Assembly (NCBI GenBank): GCA_964016885.1
Contig: OZ024741.1
Location: forward strand, 120,280,001-120,344,000
Length of the DNA: 64,000 nucleotides
Direction: 5' to 3'
Origin: Eledone cirrhosa
Taxonomy: Eukaryota
Position numbers and translations under genes: made by a program. Positions 25,687 through 38,849 of the stretch are shown piece after piece. A model generated the notes under the pieces. That model saw nothing but the letters and a program-made list of their open reading frames with translations. It searched no databases and was not told the origin of the DNA. How positions within the stretch are numbered: position 1 is the first letter of the stretch; every line of letters starts with the position of its first letter.

Positions 25687-27074
25687 CAGATCCTACACAG
25701 TGAGCTAGCCTCCTCCCTGGCAATATGATGTTTCACCCACTTCGTTCTGAGGGCTTGCTCTTGCGCAGCCATTAACATTCCTTCTGTAGCTATTTAACCA
25801 GTTCCATGTCTGTGGATCTCTAAATTCAGTTTTCTTAAAGAAGGTTCTATGAAGGGATTTTTCCTGAAGGTTGCTCTTTCTCCTTGTTGTTATTTCTTCC
25901 TTGGACATCCCCTGGTCTATTGTCTTCTCCTTCAGTACAATTTTGAGCATTGGCTCCCTACTGTCAGCCACATATTTGTGCAGACTGTTTTTCTCCATCT
26001 GAACACAGTCCTCTATGCTGATAAGACCTCTTCCACCTTCAGATCTCTTTAAGTAGAGTCTATCAACATCACCCCTTTTGTGGGACATGTTGTAGATAGT
26101 CAATAGCTTCCTAGTCTTCCTATCCATTTCTTTTTGTTCAGCAACATTCCATTTCAGAATTCCCGCACTGTACCTAATAATAGACACAGCTCGGGAATTT
26201 ACTGCACTTATGACATTCCTATTATTTAGATGTGATTTTAGTATGTTCCTTACTCTCCTTATGTATTCAGATCTTATCAATTCCTTCATTTTTTTCTTCT
26301 TGATATCATCTGCCTCCAGAACACCTAAATATTTGTATCCCTCTTCAGTGTCAATTTCCTTTATCTTCTCACCTGTTGGTAACTGGATTCCGTTGCTTCT
26401 GCTCAACATCCCTAGGACTCCACACTTATTAACACCAAATTTCAGTGCCCCAGCATGGCCTCAGCCGGATGGCTGAAACAGGTAAAAGAGTAAAAGAGTA
26501 TATATCATTGCTGAAAATACGGACAGTGTCAACAAGTACATCCAACTCCTTCTCACTCTTCCCAAAGAGTTTAAGATCGTCCATGAAGAGGAGGTGGTTG
26601 ATGGTAAGCTCTCCTCTCCCCAGCTGTATCCTGCTCTCACTTTTCGCAATATGACGGACAGGTGTATCAGGGTAAGGACAAATAACAAAGGGGACAAACT
26701 ACCTCCTTGGAAGATACCTCTCTTGATCTTCACGCCTCCCAACGATTCTCCATCTGATGTTAACTCTGTTTCCCAGGACTTCATACTTTTACTTAATAGC
26801 TGTCTGATGTTGTCTGTCACCTTGAAGATCTCTAGGCTTTTGGTTATCCAAGAATGAGGTACCACGTCGAATACCTTTTTGTAATCTATCCCTCCCATGG
26901 CAAGACCAGTATGCCTCCTCTTGCAATTCCTCATTACCATCTTATCAATAAGTAACTGGTCTTTTGTACCACGGAACTTCTTTCAGCATCCTTTCTGTTC
27001 GTCCGATAACAAGTTGTTTATGTGGAGGTGATAGTAGATTTCCTCAGACACAATGCTTGTTAACAGTTTCCACA
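25006..27074 (-). mobile_element. Degraded R4/Dong-like RLE non-LTR retrotransposon in (TAA)n
   Basis: IDYKKVFDVVPHSW, RGIFQGGSLSPLLF, YKYLGVLE, DVDRLYLKRSEGGRGL, CRIC..HIVSEC and WRHD motifs; both ends abut (AAT)n. Confidence 0.88.
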
Positions 27075-27195
27075 TTATTATTATTATTATTATTTTGCCT
27101 TTCATCCTTCCGGGGTCGATAGAATAAAGTACCAGTAATGCATTGGGTAATTGCTGGCCTGGTGCCAAAAGTAGAAACAATTATTATTATTATTG

Positions 27196-29190
27196 AAGGT
27201 AAGCCACGCTTCTTATAGGCCCCAGGTTTTTTTCAGCTGTGTACATTTATTTCGACCGTTTCTAACTTTTTATTCAAATTTTAATAAGATAAGAGTTTAG
27301 AGCAAGTGACCCACTCAACACAGGGGATTCACTCGTAAACAATACGACACCCCGTTATGGGGTGTCGTAATTCTGTAAAATTTCACTGGAAAAAAAATGT
27401 TTTTTCTTCAAACATGGATACCACTAGAAAAAGAGAGAGAGCGCTGTAAGACCACATAGAGAGAGGAAGACGTTGTCAACAGTTCAACAAGACAGCGTTC
27501 TACCGAAGGTGAATACAAAAGAAAATATTTCAAAAGAAAAGAAAAACAATATCGTTATTAATGATATTGTTTCAGATTTAAAACAGTTAAAACAACACTA
27601 ACAATAACACCAACAACAACACCATCAATAACAACAGCAACAACGAAAATAACAGCGATAAGGTCGAGAAAGACAATAACAATGACAATAACAACAACAG
27701 CCTCAACAACGATAACAGTAGTAACAGTATCAACGAAAACAACAATATCAACAGCAACATCAATAACAGGAACAACGATCCCAGCACCAACAACAAGACC
27801 AGTAGCAGTAGTAGCAGCAGCAACAATAATGCCGCAGAAAAAGGGACCATTTCCTTTGTGAGGGTGGCCCGGAATATAGAGACAGTGGTAGTCACGGAGG
27901 AGAAGATGGCAGTCGCAAGAGCCATGGCGAGTAGGAAAGAAAATAGAGTCTCCCCCAGAAACCTCCACCAGAGTTTTTTCAAAGATCAACAGCCGCGAAC
28001 CGTTACATACCGCACAAGTAAAAACGCACATCGGGTGGAGAGAGCCATGGAGGCTCAAATACAAAGGGCCTTGGGGTGCATGTGGGCACACAAAACCCAC
28101 GTCACCCGGGGGAAAACGTATGCCACCGTGGACGTATTTTTTGCCACCCCTCAAGAGGCGAAGTCTCACTCTTTGGTAACCCTAAAGAGTGAGGAGATAG
28201 TTTTGGTGCCCTCCTACTGCAGGCAGAAGATTGTGAGAGTCAAAGTGGAACATCCACCTCGGCGTTCTATAGAGGACTAGCGGAAGGGAGTGACGACGTT
28301 CTCGGGGAGACCCTGGGCGTTGAAGACGATCAGCTGTTCGCTCTCTTCAAGGGAACCTTCAGCACGGGACCTATGGACAATTTCAAGGAATCCCTGGCCT
28401 GGCAGTGCTACCGGGGAGTTTTGCCGGTTCGAGATAAGCTCTACGGGCACGGAAATGCCGTCAGCCGAACCTGTCCAAGATGCGCGCAAGGCGACGAAAC
28501 CGTCCTGCAGGCATTCTTTCAGTGCCCGAGCATTCTGACTTGTGGAGCTATGTCGAACAGTTGTTGTCGCGTGTAGGACGGATCCAGTTATCGATTGAGT
28601 CCATTCTGCAGATAGCTCCGCCGTCCTCCTTTAAGGGGGAGGAAGGTCAGGCAGTTTTCATCTGCCTGGTGGCCATGGCGAAAGAGATTGTATGGTGGAC
28701 AAGATTGAAAGTGTTGAAGACGGATACTTTTCTCTTCGGCGAATCCCTGATTAACTTTTTCAAATTTCACTTGAAGAAGAAAATCAGGGTGGAAAGGCAA
28801 GTGCTGTCTTCTAGTAAATTTGTTGAACGGTGGGTGAAAGTGGCGAATCTGGTTCGTGAGTATGCGCCTATAGACTGAGGAGTGGGAGAACTGAGAGAGG
28901 GCGTTTGCCCTAGTGGTCAGAGTGACCGTGGCCTTTTGTGTGGTTTTCGCCACGAATGACCCTAGGAGGTTTCCCTCCTATTGGGGAAATTTTGTTGTTT
29001 GAATTTTTTTTATTTGTTTTTACACATTTCTATATTTTTGTTATAACCTTTTTACACGGCCAAAACCCACTTTGTATCGTCCTGTACTATTCTGTGCCGT
29101 CTGTAATGTTTTTCTTCATGTAAGCCCTTGTGTCCAATAAAGAAACCATTATCATCATTATTATTGTTGTTGTTGTTGTTATTGTTATAT
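27196..29190 (+). mobile_element. Internally deleted Tx1/L1-like element (ORF1 5' part fused to ORF2 zf-RVT end)
   Basis: ORF1 homologous to 9091-9600 jumps at ~28280 to LAWQCYRGVLPVRDKL..CPRCAQGDETVLQAFFQCP (zf-RVT), then AATAAA and an (ATT)n tail. Confidence 0.8.
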
Positions 29191-29194
29191 ATAT

Positions 29195-29420
29195 ATATAG
29201 GAAAAAATACGACCCCGACGGCAGAGCTCAAGCCGTTTCGACGGCTATTTCTGGACTAAATAGTCCAGAAATAGCCGTCGAAACAGCTTGAGCTCTGCCG
29301 TCGGGGTCATACTTTTTCCTATTTCCCACTCTACTACCCTAAGTATTGAGTACTCTGGTGCGTTATGGTCCATCTGGTTCCTTACCACAATTCCTTTGTT
29401 ATATATATATATATATATAT
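29195..29420. repeat. Fold-back fragment of the 54.5-kb PLE pLTR in (TA)n
   Basis: ~60-bp near-perfect palindromic arms centred at ~29260, plus a tail matching 54433-54520. A related rearranged copy lies at 37470-37600. Confidence 0.8.
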
Positions 29421-29479
29421 ATAAACGAAAAAAATGAAACGAAATTTCATTTCCCACTCTTAGTACGGCTGTTACTTAA

Positions 29480-30150
29480 ATATAAGTATGTACACGTACA
29501 TACATATATGTATACAGACATACAGTAGTATGTATATATATATACATACATGCACACATATATATATGTACGTATGGATTCACCGAACATTTATTATAAT
29601 GCTCGGTGTGTTTGTAAACAAACATCCTGTATTAAGCCGTAGTGTCCAGCAACCATCGTTGCTCGTTTGTTCAACACTGACAAAGGAACGGTGTACTAGT
29701 TTCAAGCTTATTAGCTATCGTCAGCAACGTATACCTTCCTGCCAGATTGTTGAACGTATATACTTACCTTATGCATATTAACGGCTGAGCAGCCTAATTT
29801 GCATATCGAGTGAGTTAATCGGCCGGGTGCACCGAAAACGATAAACGAAAAAAATGAAACGAAATTTCACACGTTCAATCATCTGGCAGGAAGGTATACG
29901 TTGCTGACGATAGCTAATAAGCTTGAAACTAGTACAGCGTTCCTTTGTCAGTGTTGAACAAACGAACAACGATGGTTGCTAGACACTACGGCTTAATACG
30001 GGATGTTTGTTTACAAACACACCGAGCATTATAATAAATGTTCGGTGAATCCATACGTACATATATATATGTGTGCATGTATGTATATATATATACATAC
30101 TACTGTACGTCTGTATACCTATATATATGTACGTATACATACTTATAAAT
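29480..30150. mobile_element. Inverted pair of ~275-bp HHR-bearing non-coding elements
   Basis: 29480-29757 is the reverse complement of 29871-30148; a third copy lies at 44296-44578. Confidence 0.85.
29898..29940 (+). ncRNA. Minimal type I hammerhead ribozyme
   Basis: ACGTTG-CTGACGA-T-AGC-taataa-GCT-T-GAAA-CTAG-TA|CAGCGT, with palindromic ACTAGT stem III. Copies lie at 29688-29730 (-) and 44323-44365 (+). Confidence 0.85.
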
Positions 30151-31246
30151 AAATTAGTAATCATTAATAAATGATAATCATGTATAATTATTTAAAAAAT
30201 TTTCACTCGAAATTTTTTAGAGAAGAGGCTCAAATTTCATACAGCTTAGGGCTTCATCACGTGAATATCCGGCCCTGTCTATAACAGATGACTTTTCCAA
30301 GAAAAGCACATAATTAATTTTCACCAAAGTAAAATGATCTTTCACAACATTGATTTAGTGTTCTCTCCAGAAAAACGGTGACATTTATTCAGTGAACTTG
30401 AACTTACGTCCATACATGGTTCGGTTCTTCTGACAGTTTACTTATTCCTTCAACCAGTTTGTCTGTTCAAACTCGTTCAATTTACAAAAAACACGACGAA
30501 ACAGATGCATTGAGAACCATAGGAAAACAAATGTGACATTTGTAACGTCTATATACTTCATATTGTTCTTTAATAGGCGTTAGTAAGGAAAATAGCGTGT
30601 AATGGATACAGTGGAAAAATCAAAACTCAAATATTCGTTACGTGAATAATAGATTTTACAGCCAAATAATTTTTATTCAACAGAGTTCGTTGTACTTACA
30701 TTTTAAATAATCTTTACAAATAATCTTTTCTAATCACGTTTTTTGAAACTATAAAAGATATGTTTAAGTCATTCTCTCTGTCTCCGTTATATATTATTAC
30801 CTTTCGTTCTCGTGTGTTTCAATTCTATAGTTAAAATATTGTTATTGTTTTCAGTGGTATCTATATTCTATATGGTGCGTCCATTTCGTTTAGAATCTTG
30901 TTTCATATATATATGGGGGGGTATGGAGGGGGGGGGGGGGGGTTATACATATATATAAATCAGTATATATAGAGAAGTACATATAGAGGTATGTGTTTAA
31001 TCATAGGGGATAGAAAACCACCAGTGTTGAACATATTGTCTACGAAAGGAAAGTCTAATACAGATCAATTAAAAGAATAAATTAAAGTGTACTAACCTTC
31101 CAAAAATAACTATTACACCTCGACACGCTCAAATTAGAGTATGTTTCGTCATAAAAGAGCTTGGAATCTACTCCTTAAGCTCATTAAATTATAGGAGATT
31201 AACGTTAATCTTTAACTCCATTTTTTAATTTGATTTATAAATATAT

Positions 31247-31279
<33 letters not shown>

Positions 31280-31331
31280 ATATGTATACAAACATATATA
31301 CATAAGCATACATACATACATACATACATAC

Positions 31332-31362
<31 letters not shown>

Positions 31363-31427
31363 CATACATACATACATACATACATACATACATACATACA
31401 TACATACATACATACATACATACATAC

Positions 31428-33250
31428 GAACCTAACCCATAACTTCTTTGTGGACGATCTGAAACTCTATGCCAAGAACATGGATGGGATGAAGAAAAAT
31501 CTTGACCTGGTTACAACGTTCTCAAAGGATATAGGAATGGAGTTTGGCCAAGATAAATGCTCATACATGACTGTAAAGCGGGGAAAAACAACAACCCAAT
31601 TTAGCAACATTGTCATCAATGGTCTAACTGTTTCACCGATATCTGATGAGGACTGCTACAGATACCTGGGGATAGATGAGAACATTTCCTCTAATGGTAT
31701 CTGTAATAAAGAACGCGTAACCAGGGAATACTACACCCGATTAAGAAAGATCTGGTCATCGGAACTCTCTGCGCAAAACAAAACAGTGGCTCACAATGTG
31801 TTTGCTGTGCCTGTCCTAACACCAACGTTTGGAATACTCAATTGGACGATAGACGAAATCCGAGCAGTTGATGTTGGAACTCGAAAAATACTGAACAACA
31901 CCGGAAACTTCCACATCAACAGTGACATAGACCGCCTTTACTTGAAACGTAAGCAGGGAGGCAGAGGCCTAACATCAGTCCAGACAACATTTGAATGTCG
32001 CATCATATCTCTCCGACAACATCTACGAACCTCGAAGCGTAGAAGCCCGCTTCTCGAGCAAGTCTATCTGCATGAAACAGATAAGATCATGAGAGTTGGG
32101 AAGGAACTCCTTGAGAGATATTCCCTGTGTGATAATCAAAAACTCACACCCAGGGATGTCGCTCAGCAGTATCGCAGTGAATCCATGGATGAAAAACTGC
32201 ATGCCTATCAGCAAAAAATTATGCAAGGATATGTTGCCAGGAAGCTCCAGAGTGAGAGTAATATAGATAAGGAAAGTAGTCTATCTTGGACCAACAACCG
32301 CTATATTGGCTCTCACTTTGAAGGATACGCTTTTGCAATCCAAGAACAGGAGATTAGCACGAAATACCTGATTCACAAAAGAGATAGGGATGCAGGAAAA
32401 ACACCTAGATGTGATAACAAGTGTAGACTCTGCAGAACTAACATCGAGGATATCACCCATGTCATCAGCAGCTGCCCAAATATGTCATCGCGGTACTATC
32501 TACCTATGAGGCATGATATAGTGGCCAAAACACTGTACAATGCAGTTCGTAAAAAAGATAGCCCCGATAATAAACACATTAAAAGCTACAACAATGTGGA
32601 AGACATCCATGTACATAAAATGAAAGAGTACTGGTGGAATGTTCCAGTAAAAACCCCAATAAAATGCAGGCATAACAGACCAGATATTGTGATATGGGAC
32701 AGGGAGAAGAAAACATGCACAGTAGTGGAAATTAGCTGCCCAGCAGATGCCAATATAATATCAAAGATTAGTGAAAAGGAGAATATTTATGCAGAACTGA
32801 TGAGAAATCTGCAGATACTCCACCCTGATTACACCTTCAGATTTATGCCTGTGATTATTGGGGCACTGGGATATGTTAGTAACTGCCTCAATACAAATCT
32901 TGAGAAGCTAGGCTTCACAGGAACAGAAAGAACACAACTAGTTAGGAAATTACAAGTACAATCCATTAATGGAACAGTAAAAATATGTAAAACATTCCAA
33001 AGATTTTGCATCTAATAACTGCATATACACATGTACAGATACAAAGCATATACACATGCACACATACAACTCAAAACATCCACACATACAATAACATCCA
33101 TATCTACACATACATGCATGCAGACATACATACATATCTACCTAGTTGATGTTGTGTAAATTCCAATGAGAGAGTCTTGTGTCTATGTTAGAAACCGACT
33201 CTCTCTCTATTGGTAAAACTTTGTGAAATTATAAAACCAGAAGAACATAC
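31428..33250 (+). mobile_element. 5'-truncated R4/Dong-like RLE retrotransposon inserted in (ATAC)n
   Basis: Flanked on both sides by CATA repeats and contains an uninterrupted C-terminal ORF. Confidence 0.88.
31450..33015 (+). CDS. C-terminal 521 aa of a LINE ORF: RT end, CCHC knuckle, restriction-like endonuclease (5'-truncated, no true start)
   Basis: FVDDLKLY, YRYLGI, DIDRLYLKRKQGGRGL, CRLC..HVISSC, RHD and HNRPDIV..VEISCP motifs. Confidence 0.85.
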   Translation: MDDLKLYAKNMDGMKKNLDLVTTFSKDIGMEFGQDKCSYMTVKRGKTTTQFSNIVINGLTVSPISDEDCYRYLGIDENISSNGICNKERVTREYYTRLRKIWSSELSAQNKTVAHNVFAVPVLTPTFGILNWTIDEIRAVDVGTRKILNNTGNFHINSDIDRLYLKRKQGGRGLTSVQTTFECRIISLRQHLRTSKRRSPLLEQVYLHETDKIMRVGKELLERYSLCDNQKLTPRDVAQQYRSESMDEKLHAYQQKIMQGYVARKLQSESNIDKESSLSWTNNRYIGSHFEGYAFAIQEQEISTKYLIHKRDRDAGKTPRCDNKCRLCRTNIEDITHVISSCPNMSSRYYLPMRHDIVAKTLYNAVRKKDSPDNKHIKSYNNVEDIHVHKMKEYWWNVPVKTPIKCRHNRPDIVIWDREKKTCTVVEISCPADANIISKISEKENIYAELMRNLQILHPDYTFRFMPVIIGALGYVSNCLNTNLEKLGFTGTERTQLVRKLQVQSINGTVKICKTFQRFCI

Positions 33251-33289
33251 ATACATACATATATATATACATACATACATATAAATTCG

Positions 33290-34020
33290 AAATAATCCAC
33301 TTTGGAAAAGAGGATGCACTGAATCACTCATATCCCTTCCTTCGGGTGAAACCCTCGTGGCATCTAGCATCAGAGATATGGGAGTAATTGTGAACAACAA
33401 CATCAGCTGGGCTTCTGTAAACAGCAAAGTTGACATGGCCTGCAGAATGTATTCCTGGATTCTCAGAACTTTTCGTTCGAGAGATATCCACACCATTATC
33501 CTTCTCTTTTTTACTTTTGCCCGATCCCATCTTGAATACTGTGGTCTCTCCACGCGAAACAAAGTATTATGAAAATTGAAGGATAGATGGCATGACAGGC
33601 CTTGACTTTTAGGGTCGACTAGAAGAGCTCAAACTCTACTCTCTCCAACGCCGCCGTAAGCGCTACATTATCTGCACGACGTGGAAAATATTCCATCAGC
33701 ATTGCATAAATGATGTTGGCATTATCTTTAAAGTACACCCAAGGCTTGGGCCACGTGCTGTTCGCCCACGACAAAAATCAAACTCGCATCTCATAAGAAC
33801 ATTACGGCACAATTATTTCACCTCAACTGGCCCCGCTCTGTTTAACATTACACCAATACACATTAAAACAGAAACAGATCCCTTAAAATGCAAAAAATCT
33901 TTGGACAAATTTCTCCAAGAAATCCCGGATAAACCTCCTACACCCGGATATGTCTCTGGAAACAATAACTGTTTACTTGAATGAGCCAAGGTGTCCAAAT
34001 CCCGATTTGAAAGATTTCGC
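33290..34020 (+). mobile_element. CR1-like LINE 3' remnant
   Basis: IRDMGVIV..SW..WILRTFRSRD..RSHLEYC followed by LKLYSLQRRR. Confidence 0.75.
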
Positions 34021-35093
34021 TAGGTGAAAGTTATAACATATATATATATTTCATCCAACCTTACAGCCTTTACCTTATTTTATCCATTTAAAACCCCTAT
34101 TCTTCTCTAGGCAATATTCTTATCATTTTTTTTTCTATTTCTAAATTTTACATAGCTGTTCCCCTTTAAATACTGTCACAGTAGACTGACTTGTCTGACC
34201 AACGACAGATAGATGTATACCTTTTGATCTCTGCGGCAATGCTGCTCCTGGTATAATTAAGGAATATATAATTTTAGTTATGGAATATATCATGTAAATA
34301 CAGTTTAATAGAAAAAGAAAAAAAGAAAATTTAGATTGAGAAGAATGGAATGTAAAATAGGAAAATATAGGGGAAAAAAAGAAAAAAGGGAAAAAATGAA
34401 AATGGGAGAGAATGACAAGGACTCTAGTGTCACAGAAGAATGGAAAGGGGAAGGGGAGGATGATTGGGATCTGGACTTAGGGCGCGCCGGTAGAGGGGCT
34501 GCGCCCGCGGACAAGATGGTAAAAACATTTCCAATGGCTTTATCTAAGACGGATATATCTCTGTCGCCACTTGGCATCCCCTGCCTCCTCCACCACACCC
34601 ATCAGCCCACAAATGTGGCATCAAGTGTTATTCGGGGACCTTACTTGCAGGCTGTCCCCGAATCGAATTTTCTATTTCTATCTTCTAGATTTTTTACTCT
34701 ATACCCTATCTTCCATTCTATGTTTTAGTTCAACATAATCCTGTTTCATAATTCTGCAAATAACACCTGATGAAATCGCCTTGTCTTGCATCATAATCGG
34801 ATGATAGAGCTGGGCCATCAAAATATGTTTAGTGCTTTCGTGGAATTAAAATTCTAAAGTAAATTTCCCAGTCCGATCTTCTGTTGTTTTAATCAATACT
34901 TTACTCCGTTGCTGCTCCAACCACTAGATACCACATTTACGATGGATGATTCGCATAACGTTGAGTCCTTTAATTAATTTGTTGCATCATCGTTTACCAA
35001 TTCGAACTACCAGTTCTACCCTTTGGTAAACAGCCTAACATAAATTATATGTGTGTGTGTGTGGTTGTATTATCAACTCATTTAAACTCTTTT

Positions 35094-35157
<64 letters not shown>

Positions 35158-35163
<6 letters not shown>

Positions 35164-35592
35164 ATACTTGGGGAGGGTCATATTTGTGTAATAATATTGC
35201 CAGAATTAATAACAGAACACACTCACTGTTTGGTTGGTTTTCGCTTCTATCAAAGTTCTTTCGTTGCACATCTGCAACATCGTCAGTGGTGCTATTATGT
35301 TTCCCCCTGTTGCATTGTATGCAGATGTGCAATGAAAGAACTTTGATAGACTATATATATGTGTTTGTGTCTATATTTTATCTATTTTTGACCGTTGGTC
35401 AGTCAATGGCAACATTGAGGACCGAATAAATTAAATTAACCGATATAAAAGACACAGAAGCGAAAACCAACCAAACAGTGAGTGTGTTCTGTTATTAATT
35501 CTGGCAATATTATTACACAAATATGACCCTCCCCAAGTATAACAATATTTGTTTCGACACACGATTTCATATAAAAAACCTCGCAAAACTAA
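35158..35592. mobile_element. Fold-back solo pLTR of PLE family A in (TA)n
   Basis: The inverted arm 35158-35310 (with HHR 35247-35296) is followed by a direct copy of ~2220-2497. Confidence 0.85.
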
Positions 35593-35652
35593 TATATATA
35601 TATAAATATACATAAAGAGAGAGAGGGTGTGAGAGATGAATCGTATATGAAA

Positions 35653-35727
<75 letters not shown>

Positions 35728-35737
35728 CATATATATA

Positions 35738-37369
35738 CAGTGGCGTAGCTAGGGTGTGGCAAGCAGGGCACATGCCACGGACGCCATATTTAGGGGGGGG
35801 GGGGCAATTTCGACCTAGATCGATTTACATCCATGTCGTTTTTATCATTTTTTTAAATATAAGCCAAAAATGAAGCCTGTGATTTCTTGATAGCCGACTT
35901 CCACGCCATGTCTAGTGCACTAGACAGAGCAGATGTCTGATTTGACTTCACAAAACCGCCCGCCCCAATCGTGAAAGAGCTAGAAAAAGATGACCTACCA
36001 CTGCAGAACTGTCGATCGCAGTGCTACGACAATGCTGCCATAATGGCTGGGCACTGCAGTGGGGTTCAGCAGAGAATGAGAGAGAAGAAGAATTTGATTC
36101 ACTTCGTTAATTGCGATAACCATTCACTTAATCTGGCTGGTCTTCATGCAGCCAAAAACGATTCTGCTATGATGAACTTTTTCAGTTGCATTGACTCGTT
36201 ATACAACTTTTTTTCTCGTTCAACACGACGATGGGAAGCCCTTAAAGAAGTTGCTCCAGTGGTTGTTAAATATCCTTCCGTCACGCGGTGGCGTGCTAGA
36301 TGTACCGCAGTCAGACCGGTGTCGAATTATTTGACGCTGATTGTTCAAGTTCTCGAAAAAAATTAGTGATGATGAAACAGAGACTTGCGAGAGTAGAAGT
36401 GATGCCAGTAATCTCCATAATCGGATACTGAGTTATGAATTCCTGAACTTGATTGGAATCTGGAACACGATTCTCTCACGAATTGACCGGGTTTAAAAGA
36501 GACTTCAAGATCCAAGAATGAATTTTCACGATGCTACAGCTGATATAGAAGCCCTTCAACTTTAAAGAAGAAGGAACATCCTTAATCCACGAGTCTCTTG
36601 AAATGGGCTTCGACCTCTGCCAGAAATAGAATGTCGATTTTCCGAGGAGGCGAGGAAGACGACAAACCAATACCGAAATTACTGAGGACGTCGAGGTGGC
36701 TGCCAGAAAAGAGATAGAGAGAGCAGTGCAAAGTTCACTCAATCGTCTTCAAACAGAAATGGAAGAACGGTTTATTCGACTTAAGGAAACCGACTCAAGT
36801 TTTGGCTTTCTTCTTGATGTCAACTATCTGTTTTATTTGGCTGCTCCTGATAACCTTGTCCTTAAACAAAGGTGCAACAGCCTTGCGGAACTATACAACT
36901 CCGAAATCTTGGACTGCCGATCTTTGCTGGCTACTAGGAAAGCTGACCCAATTTTAAAGCCGGAGGCACTTCTCCAATTCATCATACAATACAGCGATGA
37001 ATGTGTTTTTCCCAATTTGCGAATCAGCATTCAAATAATGTTGACGATTTCTATTTCAATTGCCAGTTACGAGAGGTTGTTCAGCAAGCTGAAGCTAATA
37101 CATTCGTATTTGCGAACCTCAATGGGCCAACAACGGCTGACTGACCTCGCCCCTTTGAGTGTAGAAATCGAAGAGTTTGAACGAACTGATTTCGAGGAAA
37201 TTATAAACCTGTTTGCCTCATTAAAAGTCCGAAAAATCAAGTTGTAACCGTTTTTTGTTTTTTATTATAAATTCTACCGCAATTTCGTCTTTGTGGATCT
37301 TGACTTTTTGATGGGGAGACGCAATTTTGATGCTTGCCCTGGGCGCCGTTTACCCTAGCTACGCCACTG
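35738..37369 (+). mobile_element. hAT DNA transposon deletion derivative (ZMYM1-like transposase remnants)
   Basis: 18-bp TIRs CAGTGGCGTAGCTAGGGT / ACCCTAGCTACGCCACTG; 8-bp TSD TATATATA; QCYDNAAIM, CDNHSLNL, TRW and YERLFSKLKLIHSYLRTSMGQQRL (hATC dimerisation) motifs. Confidence 0.92.
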
Positions 37370-37379
37370 TATATATATG

Positions 37380-37458
<79 letters not shown>

Positions 37459-37832
37459 ATGCATGTATATATAACAAAGAGGGTGTGGCAAGATACCAGG
37501 TGGACCATAACGCACCAGAGTACTCAATACTTAGGATCTAGCTGTCGAAACGGCCGCAGCTCAGCCGTCGGGTTCCTGACTCTTTTTCTATTTTCCTATA
37601 TATATAGTGCGTGTGTTTGTGAGTGTATGTGTTTGTGTGTGTACATACATACCATTGTATTCATTACAAACATCATTATACATTGTTTTGTAAATATGAT
37701 GTATGAATCTTTCCCATGAGATTAATAAAAACCGTTGTTATTATTGATATCATCATTATCAACGTCAACGACATATTACAAAAGGCAGTGGAGTGGTAAA
37801 AACTCATCTTCTCCCTGGCGTTACATATATAT

Positions 37833-37879
<47 letters not shown>

Positions 37880-37881
37880 TG

Positions 37882-37948
<67 letters not shown>

Positions 37949-38011
37949 TTATTTATTTATTTATTTATTTTATATATATATTTATTTATTTATTTATTTA
38001 TATATATATAC

Positions 38012-38176
<165 letters not shown>

Positions 38177-38849
38177 TATGTATATATATTTAGATATATG
38201 CATATTTATTCAAGTGCGTATGTGTGTATTACACATATGTACATCGAGATACTACAGTTTCCGATTACTTAAGTTCTATTGAAAATCTTTGATACAAGGG
38301 TGTATACTCCGATAAATGAATATAGAGCTGATTGATCGATTGATGGACAGGTGATTATCAAAGAAAAACGACGCGTGTTAATGTAAGTTCTAATGATTAA
38401 TAGATATCGATTTGTTGGGGAACGTGGAGGTGGGGCTCTTCAGTTTAACGTAACACGGAAGATCTGATTGAAAAGATATTGGTTAAATAAGTGAAAGTCC
38501 CGTATTAATGACGCCGGCAATCAAAACTGGATTGTAGACTTCCAATGTTTGGTTTTGTTTTATTTTTTTGGCTGTTTTTTTTTATTTACTGTTTAGTCGA
38601 GTAGAGAAGGGCAGTGCCTTTTACCTATTTTCAGAGTGAGCCTCCATTCATGCGGTTTCGAGTTCAATCTCACTGCGCGGCATCATGCAGCAAGTCTCTT
38701 TAAACCATAGGCGTAGCTTGACCCAAGCAGCATTGTAAATTAAAATGGATAGAGGGGACAAATGTTCACTATATTACAAAAAAGCCAAGATACGAGCAAT
38801 CTAGCCAATGAACGAATGAATCGCCTAACCACTGAAACTGTGGATTACA

